DNA from: an uncultured Solirubrobacterales bacterium
GTDB lineage: Bacteria > Actinomycetota > Thermoleophilia > Solirubrobacterales > Solirubrobacteraceae
DNA length: 64,000 nt
Assembly (NCBI GenBank): GCA_963744755.1
Contig: CAVUUS010000003.1
Coordinates: forward strand, 537,678 to 601,677
Direction: 5' to 3'
Part shown: piece by piece, positions 27,350 through 36,275 of the stretch
Layout of the letters: every line of letters starts with the position of its first letter
Numbering within the stretch: position 1 is the stretch's first letter
Position numbers and translations under genes: made by a program
Notes under the pieces: model-generated
Database searches by the model: none
What the model saw: the letters and a program-made list of their open reading frames with translations, nothing else
Told to the model about the DNA's origin: nothing

Positions 27350-28852
27350 GTGGGGGTGCGGAGCCAGACGACGGCAAGGCAGAGGACTGGCTTTCGCATA
27401 GCGGTCACCCTCGGAGGAGTAATCGGCGCGCTCTTGGTCGTCGGTGCTACGGCCTCCGGGAGGACGACGTCGGGCGGGACCAGGGTCGACGTCCTGGAGA
27501 CCACCGTTAATCTGTCCCGGCGCCTCAGCCGGATGCCCGGTCTGACCTTCCGCCGAGGCGTCCCAAAGGGTATCGGGGTGATTCAGGTCAAGGACTCGGT
27601 CCGCTATCAGCGCGTGACCGGCGTCGGAGCCGCGATGACCGACAGTGCAGCCTGGCTGATCGGCACGAAGTTGGATCCGGCCCGCAGGGACAGATTGATG
27701 AGCAATCTGTTCGGTCCGAGCGGTGACCACCTGAGCCTCCTGAAGCTACCCATGGCCGCATCGGACTTCACCGCCGGCCGACGTCCTTACTCATACGACG
27801 ACCTGCCCAGCGGCCAAACGGATCCCGGTCTCAGTCACTTCTCCGTTGCGCACGACGATCGCTACATCGTTCCCGCGCTCCGCCAGGCGCTCCAGCTCAA
27901 TCCCCGCGCCGAGATCCTCGCCACCCCGTGGAGTGCTCCGCCGTGGATGAAGGCCAATGACGCCGCGGACAACATCGACGGCAAGGGGGTGCTGCTGACG
28001 AACGACTACGGCCCCTACGCGACGTACTTCGTCAAGTTCATCAAGTCATACGCACGCCGGGGCATCACAATCGCCGGCGTTACTCCCCAGAATGAACCGA
28101 ACGCAGCGGTCAACTGGCCGGGCATGGAACTGTCCGAGCCGCAGGAGGCCGAGTTCATTGCCACCGATCTCCACCCGGCGTTCACCGCGGCCGGGCTGAG
28201 GACGAGGATCTTCGGCGGGGACGACGGCTTCAGCGACCCGGTCTATCCCCAACAGCTCGCCTCCGGGCCGGCCCGCGGGGCGATCGACGGAATCGCCTAT
28301 CACTGCTACCACGGCACCCCGCTGGTCTTGGATCAGCTCCACACGCTGAATCCCGCCCTCGATCTCGTAGTCAGCGAGTGCGCGGAGCAGTTGACGCCGT
28401 GGTCCGTGCCGGAGATCGTGATCGGTTCCCTGCGCAACTGGGCCAGTGCGGTCTCATTGTGGAATCTCGCCCTGGATCCTTCCGGCGGCCCGGTGCAGCC
28501 CCCGGATGCCGGCTGCTCTCCGTGCCGCGGACTCGTGGTCGTAGATCCGTCCACTCACACGGTTCGGTACAGCCTGGCCTTCTACCAGCTCGGACAGGTC
28601 GGGCGGTGGCTCCAGGCGGGGGCTCGGCGGATCGAGACCGACCATTTCGTCAACTACTTCGAGCGCTCTCCGCAAGACTTCGGCACAACCTCCGGCCTGG
28701 ACGACGTCGCCTTCGTCAATCCGGACGGAAGCCGGCTGCTCGTCGCCAACAACAACTCGGTCCACACCGTCCGGTTTGCCGTCGCGTGGCGGCGCCGTTC
28801 CTTCACATACCGCCTCGCGCCCGGTTCCACGGCCTCCTTCCTCTGGCGCTGA
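27350..28852 (+). CDS. glycoside hydrolase family 30 (glucosylceramidase-like) protein
   Basis: GVGAAMTDSAAWL, TPWSAPPWMK and GVTPQNEPN (acid/base Glu) motifs; C-terminal beta-sandwich segment. Confidence 0.85.
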   Translation: MGVRSQTTARQRTGFRIAVTLGGVIGALLVVGATASGRTTSGGTRVDVLETTVNLSRRLSRMPGLTFRRGVPKGIGVIQVKDSVRYQRVTGVGAAMTDSAAWLIGTKLDPARRDRLMSNLFGPSGDHLSLLKLPMAASDFTAGRRPYSYDDLPSGQTDPGLSHFSVAHDDRYIVPALRQALQLNPRAEILATPWSAPPWMKANDAADNIDGKGVLLTNDYGPYATYFVKFIKSYARRGITIAGVTPQNEPNAAVNWPGMELSEPQEAEFIATDLHPAFTAAGLRTRIFGGDDGFSDPVYPQQLASGPARGAIDGIAYHCYHGTPLVLDQLHTLNPALDLVVSECAEQLTPWSVPEIVIGSLRNWASAVSLWNLALDPSGGPVQPPDAGCSPCRGLVVVDPSTHTVRYSLAFYQLGQVGRWLQAGARRIETDHFVNYFERSPQDFGTTSGLDDVAFVNPDGSRLLVANNNSVHTVRFAVAWRRRSFTYRLAPGSTASFLWR

Positions 28853-29060
28853 CGAGCTCCTCCAGTTCGCATGAGTGTCCCGATGGGGGTGGCTGGCCAA
28901 GCCTCCTAGCTGATCTGTACGGTGGCGCAATGTCGATTCCCCACTCGATCCCTGTGCGAGTGCTCCTTGCCCTCCTCCGGGTGCTCGAGGACCCAGATGT
29001 TGACGAGGTAGTGGACGGAGGCCGAGGAGCCCTCCGCCGGGGTCTGAGCGCCGAGCCCCT

Positions 29061-30782
29061 ATGAGCAAGCTGCTGGCGCGAACCGGTTTTGCCGCGGCGC
29101 TGGGCCACCGCGACCTGCGGCTGCTGCTGGGCGGCCTCGTGGTGTCGGCAACCGGATCGTGGGCGTACGCCGTGGTGCTGCTCACCTATGCCTTCGACCG
29201 CACCCACTCGCTGGGCTGGGTCAGCGCGGCGGGGCTGGGTCGCTTCCTGCCCGCGCTGTTGCTCAGCGCATATAGCGGGGTGATCGCGGAGCGGGTCGAG
29301 CGCGTCGCTCTGATGGTGCGCTCCGACGTGCTGTGCATGATCTTCCAGGGACTGCTGGCCCTCACCGCGGCCCTCGACGGTCCCGTTGCCCTGGCCATCC
29401 TGCTGGCCGCTTTGACCAGCGCAGCCAACGTGGTCTACAACCCGGCGGTCGGGGCGATGATCCCGCAGCTCGCGGGCGAGGAGGACCTGGCCGCCGCCAA
29501 CGCGCTCAACAGCACCATCGAGAACCTGGTGATCGTCGCCGGGCCGGCGGTCGGGGCGGGGCTGCTCGTATTGGGCTCTCCGGCCGTGGCGTTCGCCGTC
29601 AACGCCGCCAGCTTCGGGTGCTCGGCGCTGCTCGTCGGCCGGATCTCGGTGCGCAGCCGCCCGACCGACGTGACCGAGGAAGGAGCGGCCGGACCGCTTC
29701 GGCAGATGGCGGTGGGGCTGCGCGCGGTGTTCTCGTCGGCCGCGGTGACCGTGCCGGTGGCCTTCAGCGTCGTGGCCAGCTTCGTCTATGGCGTGGACAC
29801 GGTGATGCTACTGGCCTTCGCCAAGGCGCAGCTCGGCAGCGGCGCCAACGGCTACGGCTATCTGCTCGCCGCCGAGGGCGTGGGCGGGGTGCTGGCCGGG
29901 GCCGCGGTCAACCGGCTGGCCGCGATGCCGCGCATCGGCGCGATCATGACCTGCGGGATCGCGGTCTACTGCCTGCCCACCGCCCTGATGGTGCTCGTCC
30001 ATTCGTCGGCGATCGCGCTCCCGCTGCAGGTGGTCCGGGGTGCCGGCACCCTGGCCGTCGACGTGCTGGCGGTGATCATGCTGCAGCGCTCGACGGCGCC
30101 GGAGCTGGTGGCCCGCGTGTTCGGCGTCTTCTGGGCGTTGATCCTCGGGGCGATCGCCCTGGGCGCATTGCTCGGGGCGCCGCTGGTCGACGGTCTGGGC
30201 CTGCATGGCGCGATGCTGACGGTCGGACTCGGCGTCCCGGCGCTGGCCCTGTGCTCCTATCCTGTGCTGGTCCGGCTCGATCGCGCGACGCTCGCCCGCG
30301 TCGCCGAGCTGACCCCACGGGTGGCGGTGCTCGAGCGCCTGCGGATCTTCGCCGCCGCCAGCCAGCAGGTGCTCGAACGAGTGGCGGCGGCCTGCACGGA
30401 CCTGGCCGTCGACGCCGGCGTGGCGATCGTGCGCGAGGGCGAGCACGCCGACGCGCTCTATGTGGTGCTCGACGGGACGGTCGAGGTGCGGGCCCGCGGC
30501 CAGGCCGGCGGTGCGGAGCATCAGGTGGCCACGCTCGGCCCCGACAGCTACTTCGGCGAGATCGGGCTGCTGGAGCGGATCCCACGGACCGCGACCGTCG
30601 TGGCCGCCGTTCCCACCCGCCTTTACCGGATCAGCGGAGACGAGTTCCTTGATGCCCTGACCAGTTCGCCGCCAGCGGCGTCGCTGATCGAGGACGTCCG
30701 CAGCCGCCTGGCCAGAACGCGGCCGTCGCACGAGCCGACCTTCGCCGCGGGGCAACCGGACACCGAGGCAGCTGGCCGCTGA
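29061..30782 (+). CDS. MFS transporter fused to a C-terminal cyclic-nucleotide-binding domain
   Basis: About 12 TM helices, followed by ...ALYVVLDGTVEVRA...FGEIGLLERIPRTATVVA (FGE...RTA cNMP-binding signature). Confidence 0.85.
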   Translation: MSKLLARTGFAAALGHRDLRLLLGGLVVSATGSWAYAVVLLTYAFDRTHSLGWVSAAGLGRFLPALLLSAYSGVIAERVERVALMVRSDVLCMIFQGLLALTAALDGPVALAILLAALTSAANVVYNPAVGAMIPQLAGEEDLAAANALNSTIENLVIVAGPAVGAGLLVLGSPAVAFAVNAASFGCSALLVGRISVRSRPTDVTEEGAAGPLRQMAVGLRAVFSSAAVTVPVAFSVVASFVYGVDTVMLLAFAKAQLGSGANGYGYLLAAEGVGGVLAGAAVNRLAAMPRIGAIMTCGIAVYCLPTALMVLVHSSAIALPLQVVRGAGTLAVDVLAVIMLQRSTAPELVARVFGVFWALILGAIALGALLGAPLVDGLGLHGAMLTVGLGVPALALCSYPVLVRLDRATLARVAELTPRVAVLERLRIFAAASQQVLERVAAACTDLAVDAGVAIVREGEHADALYVVLDGTVEVRARGQAGGAEHQVATLGPDSYFGEIGLLERIPRTATVVAAVPTRLYRISGDEFLDALTSSPPAASLIEDVRSRLARTRPSHEPTFAAGQPDTEAAGR

Positions 30783-30881
30783 ATAGAAGTGTGACGAACT
30801 GCTCACACACGCCGGCGACCCGGGATTAGGATCCCCTCAACAACAGCGAAGTCCGCGCAGCGCGGGCAGAGGGAGGGCGAG

Positions 30882-31115
30882 ATGGAAGATCCGAAGAGTG
30901 GCGAAGGAGTGAAGGCCAAGCGCTCCGACGACGAGCAAGAGGTCGAGGGCCATCTGCACAGACGGGCCGGACGGGCCGAGGAGATGGAGTCCGAGGGCGA
31001 GGGATTCAGGGCCTTGCGCTCCGACGACGAGCCCGAGGTCGAGGGCCACAGGTTCTTTGCCGGCGGCCCTGATCGCCAGTTTGGCGCCGAAGGCCCGGAC
31101 GCGAAGGCTCGCTAG
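30882..31115 (+). CDS. small acidic protein with duplicated RSDDE-x-EVEGH motif (function unknown)
   Basis: ATG is preceded by gagggaggg. GC3 about 78%. Internal 33-nt near-duplicate with 96-bp period. Followed by a strong hairpin. Confidence 0.5.
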   Translation: MEDPKSGEGVKAKRSDDEQEVEGHLHRRAGRAEEMESEGEGFRALRSDDEPEVEGHRFFAGGPDRQFGAEGPDAKAR

Positions 31116-31131
31116 ACGTAGCCGGTTGAGT

Positions 31132-31165
31132 GACACGGCGCGCAACCCGACTTGCGCGCCGTGTC
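31132..31165. terminator. bidirectional hairpin between convergent genes
   Basis: gacacggcgcgcaa-cccgac-ttgcgcgccgtgtc: perfect 14-bp stem, then ctgttc. Confidence 0.6.
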
Positions 31166-31171
31166 CTGTTC

Positions 31172-31750
31172 TCAGAGCAGCCGGGTGAGCGCATCGAGCA
31201 GAGCGTCGGCGGCGGCGCGACGCTCGCCATCGAGCCGCTCGATCGCGGCCCACAACTCTGCGAGCTGGCGCGGCTGACCGGCCTCGCCTTGCGCTGAATG
31301 ACGCCGGGCGTCGAGCGCGATCGCCGCTTGGTGGGCGAACAGGCCGAGCAGGTCGATCTCGATCAGGCTGAACTTCGTGCGCTGCGGGCGATCGAGCACC
31401 TCCAGAACCCCGCGTACGCCCTCGTCGCCCAGCAACGGCGCCGCCATCAGACCTTTGGGGAGGTAGCCGGACCGCTGCGCGAGGTCGGTCGCGAAACGCG
31501 GGTCTCGGGTTACGTCCTCGATCACCAGCGGTTGGCGTGAGGAGAGCACCCAGCCGGCGATCCCCGTGCTCGATGGAAACCGGCGACCGAGCATCGTCGC
31601 CTCGCCTTCGCCGGCGACGGCGGCGAACACGAGCTCGTCGGTCGACTCGTCGTGCAACAGGATCGTGGCCGCCCGGGCACCGAAGATCGCCCGGGCCACC
31701 TGGACGATCGAGTCCAACAGCGCGTCGCTCCGCCCCCCGCCGGCGGTCAT
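31172..31750 (-). CDS. GAF domain protein
   Basis: LLDSIVQVARAIFGARAATILLHDE...GIAGWVLSSRQPLVIEDV...MAAPLL..GVLEVL pattern. ATG at 31750 overlaps the S8 stop codon (ATGA). Confidence 0.75.
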   Translation of the reverse strand: MTAGGGRSDALLDSIVQVARAIFGARAATILLHDESTDELVFAAVAGEGEATMLGRRFPSSTGIAGWVLSSRQPLVIEDVTRDPRFATDLAQRSGYLPKGLMAAPLLGDEGVRGVLEVLDRPQRTKFSLIEIDLLGLFAHQAAIALDARRHSAQGEAGQPRQLAELWAAIERLDGERRAAADALLDALTRLL

Positions 31751-32571
31751 GATGACGCCGTCACGTTGCTGGCGGTCAGGTACAGCGCGCTCTTGAGCCC
31801 GAACGGCGTGAGCTCGGGATGGCGGCCGAGGATCAGCGCGCAGACGCCGGCCAGGTGTGGAGCGGCGAAGCTGTTCCCGGTCGCCCGGATCGTGCTGCCC
31901 TCCGACCAGGCGACCTCGACGTCCACGCCGCGGGCGAAGAACTCGACCGGAGGGTCGCCGTTGTAGTGGTACTCGAGCGGATCGGAGCTGGTGTGGCCGG
32001 CCACCGACACGACCGAGGCGAACCGCCACGGCCAGCTGTCGACCGGCAGGTTGTGCGCCGCCGCGACGATGATGCTGCGCCGGAAGTAGGCCAGATCGGC
32101 GAGGTCGTGCAGCGCGTCGACAAACTCGCGTCGCGTCGTCGAAAGGCTAAGGTTGATCACGTCGTAGCGATTCTCGATCGCCCACCGCAGTCCGGCAAGT
32201 AGGTCTCGTCCCGTGCCGCCCGTGTCCCTGCCCAGCACGCGGACGCTCGCCAGTTCGCACCCGGGGGCCAGCGCCCGGACGATGCCCGCGCACGCGGTGC
32301 CGTGACCGCTGGCATCGCCTTCGTGATCGTCCTCGATCACCAGCGTCCCGTCGGGCTGCGGTCGCGGTACGACCGCGCGCTGCACCCCGCCCACCAGCGG
32401 ATGGGAACCATCGATCCCGCTGTCCACTATGCACACCCGGACGCCGCCGCCGCTCGAGCCCGACCAGGCCCAATCGCGGGTCACGCCATGCGGCCAGTCG
32501 GTCCGCAGCGCCTCCGCCGCGGCGACCGTGAGGGCGTAGGCCGGAAGCTCCTCGGTCGGCGCGTCGGGCAT
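31747..32571 (-). CDS. S8 (subtilisin-like) serine peptidase without signal peptide or propeptide
   Basis: Triad contexts VCIVDSGID (Asp), GHGTACAG (His) and GNSFAAPHLAG (Ser). Oxyanion Asn in AAAHN. No N-terminal hydrophobic segment. Confidence 0.85.
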   Translation of the reverse strand: MPDAPTEELPAYALTVAAAEALRTDWPHGVTRDWAWSGSSGGGVRVCIVDSGIDGSHPLVGGVQRAVVPRPQPDGTLVIEDDHEGDASGHGTACAGIVRALAPGCELASVRVLGRDTGGTGRDLLAGLRWAIENRYDVINLSLSTTRREFVDALHDLADLAYFRRSIIVAAAHNLPVDSWPWRFASVVSVAGHTSSDPLEYHYNGDPPVEFFARGVDVEVAWSEGSTIRATGNSFAAPHLAGVCALILGRHPELTPFGLKSALYLTASNVTASS

Positions 32572-32668
32572 CGACGGCCGATGCTACCGGCGCGTGAACA
32601 TCCGACGATGTCACAAGCTCATCACCCTCCCGCTGCGCTCGCCGCATTCTGCAGGCATTCCAGCTGAA

Positions 32669-32741
<73 letters not shown>

Positions 32742-32860
32742 CGCGAGCTCGATGGTAATGAATGTATTCGGCGGCGGATGTCCACGCCCGGCGCTGCGAG
32801 CTAGCCCGATCGCAGCGTTAGAGTTCGTGGCGCGTCCGGCGTCGAAGAAGGGAGCTCGAA

Positions 32861-33487
32861 GTGCAGGTTGACCCTAAGACCACGGCTGTGGTGCTGATCG
32901 AGTACCAGAACGACTTCACCTCGGAGGGCGGTGCCCTCCACGGTGCGGTGCAGGAAGTCATGGAGCAGACCGGGATGATCGAGAACACCCGGAAGCTCGT
33001 CGAGACCGCGCGCGCCGCCGGAGCGACCATCGTGCACGCCCCGATCACGTTCGCTCCGGGATACGGGGAGCTTTCGCGGCACCCGTACGGGATCCTCAAG
33101 GGCGTCGTCGATTCGACGGCTTTCGTGAAGGGAGAGTGGGGCTCGGAGATCGTCGACGCGCTCGCGCCGCAGGAGGGCGACGTGGTCGTCGAGGGCAAGC
33201 GCGGGCTCGACACGTTCGCGACTACGAATCTCGACTTCATCCTGCGGGCTCGGGGGATCACGACGATCGCCCTTGGCGGCTTTCTCACCAACTGCTGCGT
33301 CGAATCGACGATGCGGACCGGCTACGAAAAGGGCTATCAGGTGATCACGCTGTCCGATTGCGTGGCGGCGACGTCCACCGCCGAGCACGAGAACGCGATC
33401 AGCTTCGACTATCCGATGTTCTCCGACGTCATGACCTCGAGCGCGCTGGTAGAGCAACTCGAGGGAGCGACCGCATCGGCGAGCTGA
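32861..33487 (+). CDS. isochorismatase-family cysteine hydrolase
   Basis: TAVVLIEYQNDF, G..T..CV context (GGFLTNCCVESTMR) with the catalytic Cys. Confidence 0.88.
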   Translation: MQVDPKTTAVVLIEYQNDFTSEGGALHGAVQEVMEQTGMIENTRKLVETARAAGATIVHAPITFAPGYGELSRHPYGILKGVVDSTAFVKGEWGSEIVDALAPQEGDVVVEGKRGLDTFATTNLDFILRARGITTIALGGFLTNCCVESTMRTGYEKGYQVITLSDCVAATSTAEHENAISFDYPMFSDVMTSSALVEQLEGATASAS

Positions 33488-33588
33488 GTCCCGAAGGGCC
33501 CGACGGCGAGCTGAGTCCCGAAGGGCCCGACGGCGAGCTGAGTCCCGAAGGGCCCGAGGGAGAGCTGAGTCCCGAAGGGCACGACGGG
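33481..33588. repeat. tandem repeat, 4 x 27 bp (gagctgagtcccgaagggcccgacggc), starting within the last codons and stop of the isochorismatase gene
   Basis: Read directly. Each unit re-creates ..gcg agc tga in the gene's frame. Confidence 0.95.
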
Positions 33589-33609
33589 AGGCCCCGGTAA
33601 GGTCGTTCC

Positions 33610-34131
33610 GTGAATTGCTTCCCGCCTGATCCCCGCCGGGCGTTGACCGGCGTGGGCCAGCTGCTCAGCCGCGCCTCGGACCCGCTCGCAAACCGCTTTT
33701 CCAGGATCGTGCGAGACATGCCCGACGAGCGACTCGACTGGCTGATGCGCACGCCGGTGCGGCGAGTGGTGCTCGAGGGGATCTTCTGGCAGATGCCCTT
33801 GCACCTGGACCAGGGCAGGGCCGTCGGAGTCAACTCGTCGATGCGCTGGCTGATCACCGGACGTCCGGACGGTGAGTCCGACGTCTATGACCTGTTGATC
33901 GCCGATGGACGCTGTCGCGTGACGCGCGGCGGCGAGGGCCCGACACCGCGTCTGACGATCACGGTCGATGCGGCGGAATTCCTGCGCATCGCGGCGGGCA
34001 GCTCCAGCCCGGTGAACGCGTACTTCAACGGCAAGCTTTCGCTGCGGGGCGACTTGATGCAAGCCGCCCGCTTGACGATGCTCTTCCGGATCCCCTCCCC
34101 GGGCCGCAAGCCGACTGCACCCGGGCCCTAG
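33610..34131 (+). CDS. SCP2 sterol-binding domain protein
   Basis: C-terminal LTITVDAAEFLRIAAGSSSPVNAYFNGKLSLRGDLMQAARLTMLF matches the SCP2 fold signature. Confidence 0.7.
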   Translation: MNCFPPDPRRALTGVGQLLSRASDPLANRFSRIVRDMPDERLDWLMRTPVRRVVLEGIFWQMPLHLDQGRAVGVNSSMRWLITGRPDGESDVYDLLIADGRCRVTRGGEGPTPRLTITVDAAEFLRIAAGSSSPVNAYFNGKLSLRGDLMQAARLTMLFRIPSPGRKPTAPGP

Positions 34132-34480
34132 CGACGAGGCGTCGGCACCCGCGCTCCCGGGTAGACGAATCGAAGACAAACGGGTGCACGCCAGGACGTC
34201 ACGATGGCCGGTAGCGATCAATCCGAGGACCCGGTACAGCCCACCGAGCAACGCGGCGGTACGACGCCCGGAGAATCCGAGGCCGAAACGAAGGGTCCGT
34301 GGGCGGAGACCGCGAACGAACCTCCGACGGGGGACCGCGGCGCCCTGACGACGCCGAGCCCGACCTCCGCGACGCGGCAGCCGGGCCCGTCAGGTCGATG
34401 TCGAATCGACCGAGTAACCGCCGCGGGCGAGTCCTCGAAGTCAGAATTCTGCGCCCCCTCGAGGCGGTGCCGGTTCCGCG

Positions 34481-34509
34481 TTGAAATGGCGACCCCCCGA
34501 TGGTAGGGT
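34481..34509 (+). promoter_or_regulatory. candidate sigma-70-type promoter TTGAAA-17 nt-TAGGGT
   Basis: Hexamers at 34481-34486 and 34504-34509, about 75 nt upstream of the GTG at 34584 (RBS gaggagg). An 8-bp inverted repeat ggcgaccc/gggtcgcc spans the spacer and -10. Confidence 0.35.
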
Positions 34510-34583
34510 CGCCCGCGATCGAGACGTGGACCCGGCGAAGCTGGTCGTGGCCAGCCAGGACGGGCCCCTGACCATTCGAGGAG

Positions 34584-36257
34584 GTGGTCGTGGTGAAGCC
34601 GATTCGGCTCGTCCTGTCCATGACTGCGGCGATGGCCGCGGTCGCCGCCCTGGGGCTCTGTTTCGCGCCAGCGGGAGCCGCCGCCAAGAGCCGGCACGCC
34701 AAGAGCCGGCACGTGGCTATCAACTGCGCCAACGCCAGCGGTATGTGCACCGAGGTCGCGAACTCGGACGAAGTTTTCGGCCATTACGTGGGTCACGACG
34801 AGCCGTCGGTGGTGTTCGACTCCAAGACCCCCGGGGCGGGCAATCACATGCGATACAACCTTACGCTGCCGAAGGATCCGTCGCCGAAGGATCCCAACGC
34901 ACCCGGCAAGTCCTACAACTTCGAGCTAGCCGGGGCGACGTGGCTGGGCATGGTGCTCTGTGACACGCAGTCGTACCCAGAGCAGGTCAAGACTTGTCCG
35001 CCTGACAGCGATGCCAACATCCTCGACCCCAAGGTGTCGCCCAAGCACGTGGGTCAGGCCTACATGGAGATGCAGTTCTATCCACCCGGATGGATCCCGT
35101 GGCCGACTTGGCAGAAGGCGGTCGGGTCGAGCGCCTGCGATGCCACGCACTGGTGCGCCGCGCTCAACATCGACAGCCTCTCCCTGAACCCGGTGACGGG
35201 GAAGGCGAACAACGAGAAGTGTCTCGCTCGGGCTGGCTTGGAGTACCTCAACTTCGCCTTCGTCACGAAGAATGGCGTCTCCCAGGCTCCGGCCAACCCC
35301 GTGGACTCGACACTCGACACGTTCACGCCCAATAAGGCCAAAGATCTGTTCATGAACTCCGGCGACAAGCTGCAGGTGGGATTCACGGATACGCCGGATG
35401 GTGTGAAGGTCACTATCAAAGACCTGAGCACCGGTGAGAAGGGATCGATGACCGCGAGCGCCTCCAACGGGTTCGCGCAGGTGAAGTTCGATCCCGAGGG
35501 TGATTCTTGCACCGCCATCCCGTACAACTTCCACCCGATGTACAGCACCTCTACTCCGCAGACGCGGGTCACCTGGGCGGCAGGCGGATACAACGTCGCC
35601 TACGACACGGAGATCGGCCACTTCCAGAAGTGCAACGGGCCGATTCCGATCCCGAGCACGCCGTTCGGCCTCACCGATGCGGGCGCGCCGACCTCGTGCC
35701 CGGCCGGTGACACCGAGAATGACGGTGGCACGCCAAGCCCACGTGATGATGACGACATCTTCTGCTTCCCCGGCAGTCAGGCACTCGTCATCAAAGTGTC
35801 GGGCTGCACGTTCACCAACAGCGGGTTCGATGGCGTCTCCTACCAACCGGTGTGGCCCGATGGCAACACCGCGCTGCATCCTTCGCCGTTCTACTTCACG
35901 AGCCCGCAGACAGGCCCGAACTACAACAAGCAATACGAGCACCCCGGGCTCGAGGTCGACCTGCCGGCTACCGAGGGCACCTGCAATTCCGAGACGAAGG
36001 AAGGGTGCACCCTGATCCCGACGACGGATAAGGGTACGCCTGCCGCCTTCTATCCCTTCTATACGATCTCGAACACGACAATCGGCTGCGCCTGGGCATT
36101 TGGCAACAACCTCCCGGGCCAGATCACCAACTTCGGAGGCAACGCGCAATACGGCAAGCTGCTGCCGCAGACGTACACCACCGTGGGCGGAGGAAGCAGG
36201 GTCCTCTTCGAGGACTTTGAGAACATCCTGCCCAAGAACCCATGCCCACAGGGCTAG
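34584..36257 (+). CDS. large secreted Cys-rich hypothetical protein
   Basis: Signal peptide, about 20 Cys, lower GC, own promoter candidate and strong terminator. No family recognised. Confidence 0.7.
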   Translation: MVVVKPIRLVLSMTAAMAAVAALGLCFAPAGAAAKSRHAKSRHVAINCANASGMCTEVANSDEVFGHYVGHDEPSVVFDSKTPGAGNHMRYNLTLPKDPSPKDPNAPGKSYNFELAGATWLGMVLCDTQSYPEQVKTCPPDSDANILDPKVSPKHVGQAYMEMQFYPPGWIPWPTWQKAVGSSACDATHWCAALNIDSLSLNPVTGKANNEKCLARAGLEYLNFAFVTKNGVSQAPANPVDSTLDTFTPNKAKDLFMNSGDKLQVGFTDTPDGVKVTIKDLSTGEKGSMTASASNGFAQVKFDPEGDSCTAIPYNFHPMYSTSTPQTRVTWAAGGYNVAYDTEIGHFQKCNGPIPIPSTPFGLTDAGAPTSCPAGDTENDGGTPSPRDDDDIFCFPGSQALVIKVSGCTFTNSGFDGVSYQPVWPDGNTALHPSPFYFTSPQTGPNYNKQYEHPGLEVDLPATEGTCNSETKEGCTLIPTTDKGTPAAFYPFYTISNTTIGCAWAFGNNLPGQITNFGGNAQYGKLLPQTYTTVGGGSRVLFEDFENILPKNPCPQG

Positions 36258-36275
36258 GCTGCTGAGTGAGAGCTG

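Noticed and set aside
27203-27730. 175-aa minus-strand ORF overlapping the GH30 gene start
   Set aside because: It is antisense to a well-supported GH30 CDS, has junk-like composition, and contains the duplicated 21-mer.
28906-29064. A 44-codon plus-strand uORF (ATG 28930) whose TGA overlaps the MFS-cNMP start (ATGA), and an antisense open frame reading ..SASVHYLVNIWVLEHPEEGKEH..
   Set aside because: The plus-strand ORF has a weak SD and mediocre GC3. The antisense frame has very high GC3 but no start codon, and it is capped by a stop at 29059-29061. The coding strand is ambiguous and no motif was recognised. It may be a gene relic.
34204-34506. 100-codon ORF (MAGSDQSEDPVQPTEQ...) in the 450-bp gap upstream of the Cys-rich secreted protein
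   Set aside because: It has a low-complexity acidic/Pro-rich start and an Arg/Cys-rich end. It has no SD, and it overlaps the promoter candidate.
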